A program made the position numbers and the translations under genes. The notes below the pieces were generated by a model. That model was not told where the DNA came from, searched no databases, and saw only the letters and a list, made by a program, of their open reading frames with translations. From Mobula hypostoma (Eukaryota), in the NCBI RefSeq assembly GCF_963921235.1, contig NC_086107.1:101806001-101870000 (forward strand): 64,000 bases of DNA. Reading direction: 5' to 3'. Each line of letters begins with the position of its first letter. Position 1 is the stretch's first letter. Shown here piece after piece: positions 1 through 11,302 of the stretch.

Positions 1-400
1 TCCCAATTAACTCTTCTTAGTTCCTGCCTAATGCCTTTGTAATTTGCCCACAAAGACCATAGCTATCCTGAACATCAAGAAGTTGTGGTGACTGTTCTCT
101 ATCTGTTCACCCACTGAAAGGTCAATCACCTAGCTAGGCTTATTATCCAACACCAGGTCCAGAATGGCTCCTCCTCTCATTGGACTGTTCAGATTTAAGA
201 AACCTTCCTGGATACACTTAAATTCTGCCAGTCTAAACCTTTTACACTAAGGAGGTCCCATTTTATATTAGGGAAGTTGAAATCCCCCATGACAACAACT
301 CTATTCCTTTTACACATATCCTCCTTCTGATTACATATCTGTTCCTCAATGTCCCAGTAGGTATTAGGGGGTCTATAGTACAATCCCATTCCAGGCACCT
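1..400 (-). mobile_element. CR1 LINE ORF2 fragment (APE endonuclease region), decayed
   Basis: ORF 195-398(-) has YYRPPN and VVVMGDFNFPNI.W, CR1-type endonuclease motifs. Confidence 0.85.
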
Positions 401-2410
401 ACCATCCTACCACTCTCTGTTTTAAAAAAAAACTTGTTTTGCATATCTCCTTTAAACTTTCTCCCTCTCATGTTAATTATATATCACCTTGTATTTAATA
501 TTTGCTTCCCAGTGTTTGCCAAGATCGTGCTGGAATATAACAATTCTTTGCAAGCTGTTCTTAGCAGATCCAATTTTAACCTCAGAGACAGACTCTGACT
601 GTCTGCCCCATCTATGCCTCACATAATTTTCTATCAGGTCTCCTCTAATCTAGGCAAGGAACCTCTTCTGTGGTTTCAGTGGCTCCAGGTCCTTGCTGTA
701 ATGGGGCAACCTGAACTGCATACAATTATGTAAGTGCAGCCTAACTGAAGTTTTATATATACTTTTGTATTCATTGCCTCAACCAATAAAGGCAAGCATA
801 CTGTATGCCTTCTTGACCAACCTATCTACTTGTGTGGCCACTTTCAGTGAATTATGGACTTGGACCCAGGATCCCTCTGCACATCAAAGCTGTTAAGGGT
901 TCTGCCATTAACTATATAATTTTCCCTTCCAAAGTGAACCAGCTCACACTTGCTCAGATTAAGTTCCATCTGCTGTTTATATGCCTATAACTGATGTATA
1001 ATCCTGCTGTACCCTTTGAAATCCCTTTACTCTGTCCACAATTCCGCCAATCTATGTGTCAACCCATGCATCTACATTTTCATCCAAATAATTTATATAC
1101 ATCACAAACAAGAGGCCTTAAGACCAATCCCTATGGAACACCACTGGTCACAGCCATCCAACTAGAACATTGCAGGGCACTGCTGTAGCACAGCATTAGC
1201 ACAATGCTATTACAGCTTTGTGGGGGGGTAGGGGGTAGAGTTCAATTCTGGCATAGTCGGTAAGGAGTTTGTGCATTCTCTCCATCACCGTGTTGGTCTC
1301 TTCTGGGTGCTTCAGTTTCCTCCTGTAGTCTAAAGTACAGGTTAGCCCGAAAGAACCTGTTCCACACCGTATCTGTAAATAAAATAAATAAACAATACCC
1401 TTCCACCCTCAGCATCTATGGGCAAGCAAATTCTGAATCCAAACTAGCAATTTACTGCCAATCCAATGCATGATACTCATATGGTTCTGCCTACCATAAG
1501 GGACCTTGTCAAGTGTCTTACTGAGGTCCATGTTGGCGTTATCTACTGCCCTACGCATTCATCGCCTCCTCAAAAACTGAATCAGATGTGTAAGACCTGA
1601 CCTGCCATGCACAAAGCTATGCTCACTGGTACAATTCCCAAATCCTGTTTTCCAAATGCTTTTAAGTCCTTTCTCAAGAAATTGTCTCCAATGGCTTCCC
1701 TATGATGGAAGTAGGGCTCACAGGCCTATAATTTCTTAGATTATCCCTATTTTCCTTCCTGAACAAAGGAACAACAACATTGGCTACTCTCCAGTTGTCC
1801 AGTACCTCACTTGGTTCTAACAAGGATACAAAAGTCTTTGTCAACATTCCAGCAATTTACTCTCTTGCCTCTTTCAATAACCTGTGATTTATCTAGTTGG
1901 GGTCTGAGGGTTTATCCACCTTAATGCTCTTCAAAAGATGAAGCAGCACTTCCTTCTCGATCTTACAATTCCCCACACTGCTCTCACTATCCTCTATGTA
2001 CTTTTTTTTAAGGAATACTAACTCAAAGTACTCATTTAGTACCTCACCCACATCTCCTGACTCTATCCTTTGTCCTACAGTTTCTTTGGTTATCCTCTTG
2101 TTTTAAATGTAAGTATAAAATGCCTTGGGATTCTCTCTAATACTACATGCCAAGGACATTTCATGGCCCCTTTTGGCCACCTTAATTCCCTGCTGGAGCA
2201 CTTTCCTGCTATCTTTATATCCCTCAAGGGACCTGTCCAATTTTAGCTTCCTCAACCTTACAAATGCTTCCTTTTTCTTTTTAACTAAATTCATTACTTT
2301 TCTCATCATCCAGTTTCAGTTACCTTGCCATCGTTGTCCTCCCTCCTACTGGAGCATACTTGTCAAGAGCACTGATCAGCTGGTCTTTGAATAACTCCCA
2401 CTTTCGGATG
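400..2410 (-). mobile_element. CR1 LINE fragment (3' region, RT and linker), decayed, split by a V-SINE
   Basis: Antisense of GVP.G.VL near 1115-1150. ORF 2103-2309(-) ends in ENPKAFYTYI, a CR1 linker motif. Confidence 0.8.
1171..1390 (+). mobile_element. tRNA-derived V-SINE (HE1-like)
   Basis: B-box-like GTTCAATTC, V-domain-like GGGTGCTTCAGTTTCCTCCTGTAGTCTAAAG and an (AAAT)n tail. AACA on both sides; the CR1 host resumes afterwards. Confidence 0.75.
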
Positions 2411-2477
2411 GAAACTCAAAGCAACATATCTTAAGCTCCTCCAGTTAAATGCTGTAACATTGTTGTGAAGCACTTTC

Positions 2478-2682
2478 CTTTAAGAGAACTGGAATTCTTT
2501 CTGGTGTCTTAGTTAACATTTATCTTTCAACAAATGTCACCAAAACTGGTGACCTGATGATTGCTATTTGTGGGATATAGATAGTACAAATGGCTACACA
2601 GAATGATTGTAATAATGCTTCATTGGTTAATAATCTGTGCCAGGATGTGTTCAGGTTGTAAAAAAAGTGCTATGTAAATGGT
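2478..2682 (+). mobile_element. Old Deu-domain SINE remnant (SacSINE1/AmnSINE1-like)
   Basis: GGTGTCTTAGTTAACATTTATC...TTGCTATTTGTGGGA...CTTCATTGG...GTGCTATGTAAATG follows the Deu domain and tail as I recall them. Heavily diverged. Confidence 0.55.
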
Positions 2683-3179
2683 GACTCTCCATGTTTTGCC
2701 AGGTTTTTTTGTTAGTGCATCTGGAGCGAGCCAGTGAAACAGCTTTTGGAGTTAATTATTGGTGTGCAATTGTTGGGTGATGGGGCTGTTGTTGGTCGCT
2801 GACTGCTGCTGATAGTGGGGCTTTTGTGAAATATTAAATCAATATATATTTATTTTCAATTTTCTTGAATTTTTTTTAGTTGATAGGTAGGTGTAAAAAT
2901 GCATTTTAACCACATGAAGCAGATCATATGATGAAACCTCAAGGAATGTGTTCAATACGATTTTTGGTGGGGAAAGGCTGAGATAGCTGCCAAACACCAA
3001 TATTCAGTCATTCTGGAAAAACAGTTTTCTACAATTAATGTTCTTCAGTCTGGAAAGGCCTCTAGTCCATTACCGATTACAAAAAGAATGCATCCCTACC
3101 CCAATGATCACTTCCTTCCAAACGAATAAATGAGAGGTCTTTGATTCACAGATTACCATTAAACCCCCCCCCCCCCGCA

Positions 3180-4556
3180 GTGCCCATTCAGCCAGACCAT
3201 CACTAATGCCTCACACTCTTCATCAAAGAAGATGAGGTGAGAAAGCTGTTCAGGAAGCAAAATATCCCAAGGATGCGCTTGGAAGACGAGTGCGCCTTCA
3301 TGGTTGTGGGATTTCGTAGCTCTGGTGCCCCTGACTGAAGTGTCGCGGGAGAACATGGAACATTGGGAGTTGCGCCTTATTGGTGCCAACTCTCTGGGCA
3401 CAGTGCTTAGAAAAAGCAATGCAACTGATTTACAATGTTATGTCTCCCCTCTCACTGTGAAACAGGGACACCTCTTTTTCCCTTATTAGGGAGACAGGGA
3501 GCTTGTGGTATGTCGAATTACCGGATGAATGAGTAGTTTTTGGGGTACTGCAAGTCTGTGTCTTTATTGATGCTTTGCTGCACGCTTGAGTGCTCAGTGG
3601 AGGGTGCTGATGCCTTTTTTGCTGGTGGGGGTGGTGGAGGGGTTTTGGGATTCTAACTTTTTAACTGTCATTCATTCTTTGGGGCACTCCTAGATGTCTG
3701 CAAAGAAAAAGAACTTCGGGATCTATATTGTATACATTTTTCTGACATTAAATATACCTGTTGAAATATCAAGAAGGCTGCAGCACCTGTTTGTCTCTCT
3801 CCTTTGCCACCTTTAAAAATTGTGCAGTGTTCCAGCATGTTTCAAGAAATCTGTTATTATCCCAGTTCCCAGAAAAATCAAAGATCCATGCACTCAATGA
3901 CTACAGGCCAGTTGCACTCACATCAGTCACAATGAAGGCTTTTGAAAGGTTGGTTAAGTTATTTCTCAAATCCATAACTCAAAATTTTCTTGAGTCATTG
4001 CAATCTGCTTACAGAGCCAATAGATCTGTTGATGATGTAATTAACATCAGTTTGGACTTCATGCCACAGCATCTCGAGTCTGCTGGTACATTTGTTAGGA
4101 TTTTCTTTGTTGATTTCAGTTCGGCCTACAATATCATCATCCCTGAGCTTCTGCAAGAAAAACTACCATAACTTAACATACCAGCTCCCATGTGCAGATG
4201 GATCACAAAGTTTCTCTCTGACAGGAGGCAGTATGTGAGACCAGGTAAGCACGTCCCACATTCTGCTCAGTTAGGGGTGTGTTCTCTCTCCTCTCCATTT
4301 TTCTCTATACACCACTGACTGCATCACCAGATCACCGCCATACTAGTGCTCCCTTCTGTAAAGTGCTATAGCACTACTAAAATATAAACTTCATGCCATC
4401 TTAAAAGTTTCTTCCACCAGGCAGTTAATCTGATCATTCTAGTTAGCCCCTCCCCCATCACCCCAACCCCTCTCTATTACTTCAATCACTGAAAAGCTGT
4501 GTAAGCATTTTTTATAAGGTTGTAAGTACATGCTGGTATTTATGCATAGTTTATTC
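3180..4556 (+). mobile_element. Rex1-clade LINE, 5'-truncated and internally deleted
   Basis: IKEDEVRKLFRKQN near 3220-3260. ORF 3761-4171 has LNDYRPVALTSVTMKAFERLV, LQSAYRANRSVDD and FVDFSSAYN. C-terminal LKSFFHQAV near 4400. Confidence 0.85.
3267..3763 (+). mobile_element. Non-coding retroposon inserted in Rex1, 7-bp TSD
   Basis: AAATATC at 3260-3266 and 3764-3770. Rex1-like coding sequence on both sides; LINE-like AT-rich tail (TGACATTAAA). Confidence 0.7.
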
Positions 4557-4558
4557 TA

Positions 4559-4630
4559 CAGTACTGTGCAGAAGTCTTGGGCACATACTGTATATACTGC
4601 TAGGGTACCTAAGGCTTTTACACAGTAGTG
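4559..4630. mobile_element. 72-bp Tc1/mariner-type MITE
   Basis: 26-bp inverted repeats at 4559-4584 and 4605-4630 (20/26 match), starting CAGTAC and flanked by TA at 4557-4558 and 4631-4632. Confidence 0.7.
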
Positions 4631-5768
4631 TAGTAATTTTGTGTATTGCATTGCACTGCTGCCACAAAAACAAACAAATTTCAGGACATATGTGAGTGAT
4701 GATGAACTTGATTCTGATTGAGTCTCTATTGTGAACTGACAGAGGCATGAGTCAGGGAGAGCTTCACACCATTTTTCTCTGATTTGGACAATCCACGTCG
4801 GGGTGCATTTATATATTTTTTTAAAAAGTTACCTTTTAATTAGGACGGCGATCAAGATTTTAAAGTCAGAGTTTTGTGGCAGTTTCTCTGAGTTGAGCGA
4901 CTAATCAGCAAGAGGGATTCATTAGATAGGCCAATAAAAATAATTCAAATGCAAGTGGAGCTACCATTGTTTTGGAGTGTATCAGTGTTTGAAGTGGTGT
5001 TGGCTCATCAGGTTTAGGTGAGATCAGGTTTGGAGGTAAATTGTTTTGCAAGTTACTCTCTCTCTCTTCTTATCTGATCATTCCTTATTTGTTGGGGCAT
5101 GGTCTCCAGTCTCCCAGATAAACAGATCTACACCAGGTGCACAGAGTTGCAGCTCCTAAGAGATCGTATTAAGGAACTGGAGCTGCAGCTTGATGACCTT
5201 CAACTCATATGGGAGAATGAGGAGGTAATAGACAGGAGCTACAGAGAGTTAATCACCCCTAAGTTGCAGGAGACAGGTAGCTGGGTGACTGTCAGGAGGA
5301 GGAGAGGAAATACACAATCGGAACAAATATACCTGTAGCCATTCCCCTCGATAATAAGTATAATGCCTATAAAAAGTATTCACCCCCCTGCTTTGGAAGC
5401 TTTCATGTTTTATTGTTTTGCAACATTGAATCACAGTGAATTTAATTTGGCTTTTTTGACACTGATCAACAGAAAAAGACTTTTGTGTCAAAGTGAAAAC
5501 AGATCTCTATAAAGTGATCTAAATTAATTACAAATTAAATTCAAAATAATTGATTGCCTAAGTATTCACCCTGCCCCCTTTAATATGGCACACCAAATCA
5601 TCACTGGCGTAGCCAATTGGTTTTAAAAGTCACATTATTAGTTAATTGGAGATCTGTTTTTTGGAGACCTGTATGCAATCAAGGTGTTTCAATTGATTAT
5701 AATGAAAATACACCTGTATCTGGAAGGTCCAACAGCTGGTGAGTCAGTATCCTGGTAAAAGCTACACC

Positions 5769-7546
5769 ATGAAGACAAAGGAACACTCCAAGCAACTCCA
5801 CAAAAGGGTTATTGAAAAACACAAGTCAGGAGATAGATACAAGAAAATTTCCAAGTCACTGAATATCCCTTGGAGTACAGTTAAGTCAATCATCAAGAAA
5901 TGAAAAAAAAAATGGATGGACCCTGTGCAATCAGAACAATGCTGCGTTAGACTGTTATTTAAAGCAGACCATGGTGGTGGAAGAGACTACGCTTGACCAG
6001 AGCTGATAGTTAACGGGACTTCAGTTTTGTGCTTGAATGAGCTTAGGCAGTAGGAATTCAAAACAGATTTTCCTGAATGCAGTCAGGAGGAACAATATGG
6101 TTTGTCACAATACAGCATAGTCTGCTTACCAGAAAGAGGATATTTGTGTAAATGTTGAGATTTCATGTCTCCTGTGTCTTGGTAGCATGTAGTTGTAATT
6201 ATTGTGGTATAATAATTAGAGGGCTGGAATATAGGAGCCATGCATCTGTTCTTTATCTGCATTATATTCTGTGTTGCATGTTTATTATGGTAACTAGTCA
6301 CATGAGTGGGGGACGTGGTAAATGCAAAGGGAATAAGTTACGTACTCGTGCTTTGTTTGTGGCAGTCTGGGGATGGGACTGACGTATCTTTTCCCAACTG
6401 CTCATATATGCTTAACTTACACTTGGGTACACTTGTTTCATCGCTTCAAAGATGTATGTGTGTGATAATAAAGGATCAAATACATATCTTCGACTTTGGA
6501 ACAGTCATTATTCAGGCTGAAGGTGCATCATGCAAGTATAACAAATCTGTGGGGTTGCCAACAGCAGCAATTGTTTTGGTTAGAATTTGCTGCAACAAAC
6601 GGATTCCACTGTATGTTTTGATGTTTCGATGTACATGTGACGAATAAAGCTAATCTTTAATCTTTTTTAAAAAAAAGAATATGGCACAGCTGTAAATCTG
6701 TCTAGAGCAGGCCATCCTCGAAAACCGAGTAACCATGCAAGAAGGGGACTAGTGTGGGTGGCCACCAAGAGACCTATGACAGCTCTGAAGGAGTTACAAG
6801 TTTCCTTGACTGAAATGGGAGAGATTGCATACGAGAACTGTTGCCTGGTGCTTTACCAGTCGCAGCATTATGCAAGAGTGGCAAAGAGAAAGCCACTGTT
6901 GAAAAGAACTCACTTGAAGACTCAGCTAGAGTTTGCGGAAGGCATGTGGGAGACTCTGAAGTTAGCTGGAAGAAGGTTCAACGTTCTGATGAAACCAAAA
7001 TTGAGCTTTTTGGCCATCAGACTAAATGCTATGTTTGGCATCAACCAAACACTGCATTTCATCAAAAACACACCATCCCTACCATGAAGCATGGTGTTGG
7101 CTACATCATGCTGTGGGGATGCTTCACTGCAGCAGGCCCTGGAAGGCTTATGAAGGTAGAGAGTAAAATGAATGCAGCAAAATACAGGGAAATCCTGGAG
7201 GAAAACTTGATGCAATCTGCAAGAGTACTGTGACTTGGGAGAAGGTTTATTTTCCAGCAAGACAAGGACACCAAGCACAATGCCAAAGCTACCCAGGAAT
7301 GGCTTCAAAACAACAAAGTTAATGTCCTAAAGTGGTCAAGTGAGAGTCTAGGTCTCAATCCAATTGAGAATTTTTGGCTGGACTTGAGTAAACAGCCCTT
7401 TTCATGATTCCCATGCAATCTGACAGAGCTTTTGTAAAGAAGAATTAGGAAAAATTGCAGTGTCTAGAAGTGCAAAGCTGATAGAGGCCTGTACACACAG
7501 ACTTGAGGCTGTAATTGCTGCCAAAGGTGCATCTACTAAATACTGA
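5769..7546 (+). pseudogene. DD34E transposase pseudogene
   Basis: Starts MKTKEHSKQ...STVKSIIKK and resumes EYGTAVNL...GHPRK at 6677. SDETKIELFG; QQD (7261) to NPIE (7366) spaced by 34 residues; ends AKGASTKY-stop. Has stops, a frameshift and a 756-bp insert. Confidence 0.92.
5913..6668 (+). mobile_element. Non-coding retroposon inserted in the transposase gene
   Basis: A-runs on both sides (5903-5912 and 6669-6676). Ends TGTACATGTGACGAATAAAGCTAATCTTTAATCTTT. The transposase sequence resumes after it. Confidence 0.75.
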
Positions 7547-10500
7547 CTTGAAGGGAATGAATACTTGTGCAATTAATGTGTTTTATATTTGTAATTAATT
7601 TAGATCACTTTGTAGAGATCTGTTTTCACTTTGACGCGCAAGAGTCTTTTTTTTTCTGTTGATCAGTGTCAAAAAATTGAAGTTAAATCCACTGTTTCAA
7701 TGTTGTAAAACAATAAAAAAAAGAAAACTTCCAAAGTGGGTAAGTACTTTTTATAGGCACAATATATAACTTTATTGAGGGGGACAACCTACCGGGGAGA
7801 GCCACATTGACCGGGTCTCTGGCACTAAGCCTGGTGCTGTGGCACAGAAGAGCAGGGCTAAAGAGAACTCCAGTGTTGATAGGAGATTCCCTAGTCAGAG
7901 GAACAAAGATGAGATTCTGTGGGTGTGCTAGGGACACCCAGATGGTATGTTTCTCCCCCAGATGCCAGGATCAGGGATATCTTGGATTGGATTCATGGCA
8001 TTCTCAAGGGAGAGGGTTAGCAGCCAGAAGTCTTGGTATATATTGGCACCAATGACATAGGTAGACAAGGTGAGGAGGTCTTCAAGAGAGATTTTAGAGA
8101 GCTAGGTAGAAAGCTGAGAAACAGGACCTCCAGGATGGTAACCTCTGGATTGCTGCCTGTGCCACATGCCAGTGAGGGTAAGAATAAGATAAATTGGCAC
8201 TTGAATGAGTGGTTGAGGAGCTGGTGCAGGGGGCAGGGGTTCAGATTTATGGATCATTGGGTCTCTTCTGGGGAAGGTATGGCCTGTACAAAAGGGATGG
8301 ATTAGATCTGACCTAAGGGGGTCCAATAATCTTGCAGGCAGGTTGGCTAGAATTGTTTGGGTAGGTTTAAACTAATTTGGCCAGGGGATCAGAACCAGAG
8401 TGATGGTGCTGAAGATGAGGTAGTTGATTTACAAATAGAGGCAATGTGTAGTGAGACTCCGAGCAAGGAGAGGCTGATAAGGGAAAATTTCAGGTAACAG
8501 GATGAATTGCAACATAAAAGGTGGCCAGAATTGAAAAGGTTGAATATAGGACTAAAAGTGTTATATTTGAATGCGCACAGTATACAGAATAAGGTAGATG
8601 AATTTGAAGCACATTTATAGATTGCCATGTATGATGATGTAGGCATCACTGAATTGTGGCTGAAAGAAGATTATGGCTAGGAGCCTAATATCCAAGGATA
8701 CACATTATGTCAAAAGGACAGGCAGGAAGGCAGGGGGTAGCATTGCTCTGTTGGTAAGAAATGAAATCAAATCATTAGAAAAACGTGACATAGGTCCGGA
8801 TGGTGTGGAATCATTGTGGATAAAGGACTCCAAGGGTAAAAAGACCCTGATGGGAGTTATATACAGACCCCCAAACAGTAATAATTTGTAGATCACATCC
8901 TTGCAATGGGGGATAGAAAATGCATGCCAAAAGGGCAAAGTTACAATAGTCATGGGAGATTTCAATATGCAGGTAGATTGGGGAAATAAGGTTGGTGCTG
9001 GATTCCAAGAGGGGAAATTTCTGAAATGCCTACGAGATGGCTTTCTAGAGCAGCTCATAGTTGAGCCCATTAGGGGATCAGCTATTCTGCATTGGGTGTT
9101 ATGCAATGAACCGGAATTGATTAGAGAGCTTAAGGAAAAAGAACCCTAAGGAGTAAATGATCATAATATGATCAAATTCACCCTGAAATTTGAGAAGGAG
9201 AAGCTAAAGTCAGATGTATCAATATTACAGTGGAGTGAAGAGAATTACTGAGGCATGAGAAAGGAGTTGGCCAGACTGATTGGAAAAGAACACTGGCAGG
9301 AATGACGGCAGAGCAACAATAGCAGGAATTTCTGGAAGCAATTCGGAAGGCACAGGATATATACATTGCAAAGAGGAAGAAGTATTCCAAAAGCAAGGTG
9401 ACACAACCATGGCTAACAAGGGAAGTCAAAGTCAACATAAAAGCCAAATAGAGGACATGTAATAGAACAAAAATTAGTGGGAAGTTAGAGGATTGGGAAG
9501 CTTTTGAATACCAGCAGAAGGCAACAAAAAAAACATTAAGAAGGTAAGGATAGAATACAAAAGTAAGCTGGCCGGTAATATTAGAGGATACCAAAAGTTT
9601 CTTCAGATACATGAAGTGTAAAAGAGAGGCAAGAATGCATATTGGACCACTGGAAAACTATGCTGGACAGGTAGTAATGGGGGAAACGAGGAAATAGCAG
9701 ATGAACTGAGTAAGTATTTTGCATCAGTTTTCTCTGTAGAAGACATTAGCAGTATATTGGAAGTTCCAGGTGTCAGGGATCATGAAGTGTGTGAAGTTAC
9801 CATTACTAGGGAGAAGTTCCATGGGAAACTGAAAAATCTGAAGGTAGATAAGTCACCTGGACCAGGTGGTATATACCCCTGAGTTCTGAAAGAGGTGGCT
9901 GCAGAGACTGTGGAGGCATTAGTAACGGAAGACTGGAAAATTGCAAATATCAGTCCACTTTTCAAGAAGGGAGAAGGAAATTATAGGCCAGTTAGTCTAA
10001 CCTCAGTGGTTGAAAAGATGGAGTTGATTGTTAAATATATGCTTTCAGGGTACTTGGAGGCACATGATAGAATAGGCTGAAGTCAGCAGGTTTCCTCAAG
10101 GGAAAATCTTGCTTCGGTTGATGTTGTGTACTTAGATTTTCAGAAGGCCTTTGACAAGGCCACACATATCTGCTTAACATGCTACGAGCCCATGGTATTA
10201 CAGGAAAGATTCTAGTATGGATAAAGCAGTGGCTGATTGGCAGGAGGCAAAGAGTGGGAATAAAGGGAGCCTTTTTTGATTGGCTGCTGGTGACCAGGGG
10301 TCTGTGTTGGGACCAACTCTTTTTACATTATATGCCACTGATTTTGTTGATGGAATTGATGGCATTGTTGCAAAGTTTGCAGATGATACAAAGAGAGGTG
10401 GAGGGACAAGTAGTTTTGAGGAAGTGGAGAGGGCTTGGTAGAGTGGATATGGAGAGTATGTTTCCTATGGTGGGAGAGTCCAAGACCAGAGGACACAGCC

Positions 10501-11302
10501 TCAGAATAGAGGGGCGTTCTTTTAGAATGGGGATGAGGAGGAATTTCTTTAACCAGAGATTGGTGAATCTCTGGAATTCGTTTTCATTGGGAGCTGTGGA
10601 GGCCAAGTCTTTGTGTATATTTAAGGCAGAGGTTGATGGATTCTTGATGGATCGGGCATGAAGGGATGCAGGGAGAAGGCAAATTCCTAATACATAAATG
10701 TTGATATTTGATATGCATGCACTCAGGAGGTTGCTTCAGAAAATATACGATTGAAATAGCAGCTTTTCTGATAGGCAGATCCAGTTAAATTTGGGCTTTT
10801 CGTGACTTAGTTCCACCAATAAAGGAAGACCGTCTGGCATGATCAGTGCAAGTCAATACGTTCCTGGGGAATTGGAAGAAATATTTTTATGAAGTGAGCA
10901 CAAACAGTATCGAAGTTAAAAATCAGCTAGCTCAGTGAATGCTACTGAAAGGGACAACTGAGAGATTAGAATGGATTTTACCATTAAATTATATTCAAGG
11001 GAGCTCAGTGCCAGCATATTTTCAAATATCATGGATACCAAAATACCCCTGAGGATTGACTCTAACAAGTGTCATTTCATAACAGTTCTAATAACCCCAG
11101 AGATCAGTTTGCAGATCATGTCTTAGATGATAATCTCAAACAGCAGTTTCCAGAAAAACACCAATTAAGTAGCAATCTATGTCTTGTATTTGGAAAAGCA
11201 GGCAAGCAAATAGAAACACTGGTAATAACTCTAAGTGGAAGTTAGTTTTTAAACCTTTGTAATTGGCAACATAAAATAGCTTTGCCCAAATTAGTTCATT
11301 CA

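Larger units (their letters stand above)
5361..7762 (+). mobile_element. Tc1-family DNA transposon, IR/DR type, Passport-like
   Basis: TA TSD at 5359-5360 and 7763-7764. About 210-bp TIRs (5361-5571 and about 7552-7762). Direct repeat AAGTATTCACCC at 5374-5385 and 5560-5571. Transposase inside. Confidence 0.93.
5099..8370 (+). pseudogene. CR1 ORF1 (coiled coil plus SGNH/GDSL esterase), split by the Tc1 insertion
   Basis: RCTELQLLRDRIKELELQLDDL (5099-5338), VLIGDSLVRG (block I), YIGTNDIG (block III), and KRDGLDL (block V with the His replaced). Confidence 0.8.
4880..10680 (+). mobile_element. Near full-length CR1 LINE (5' UTR, ORF1, ORF2), decayed, interrupted by a Tc1 element
   Basis: ORF1 coiled-coil and esterase pieces, then ORF2 LKVLYLNAHSI (about 8550), YRPPN, MGDFN, NYRPVSLTSVV, LDFQKAFDK, and C-terminal RTRGH...RRNFF.QR.VNLWNS. 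Many stops and internal deletions. Confidence 0.9.

Noticed and set aside
6083..6647. ORFs of 72-113 aa inside the transposase insert
   Set aside because: No domain motifs, and overlapping on both strands as expected by chance.
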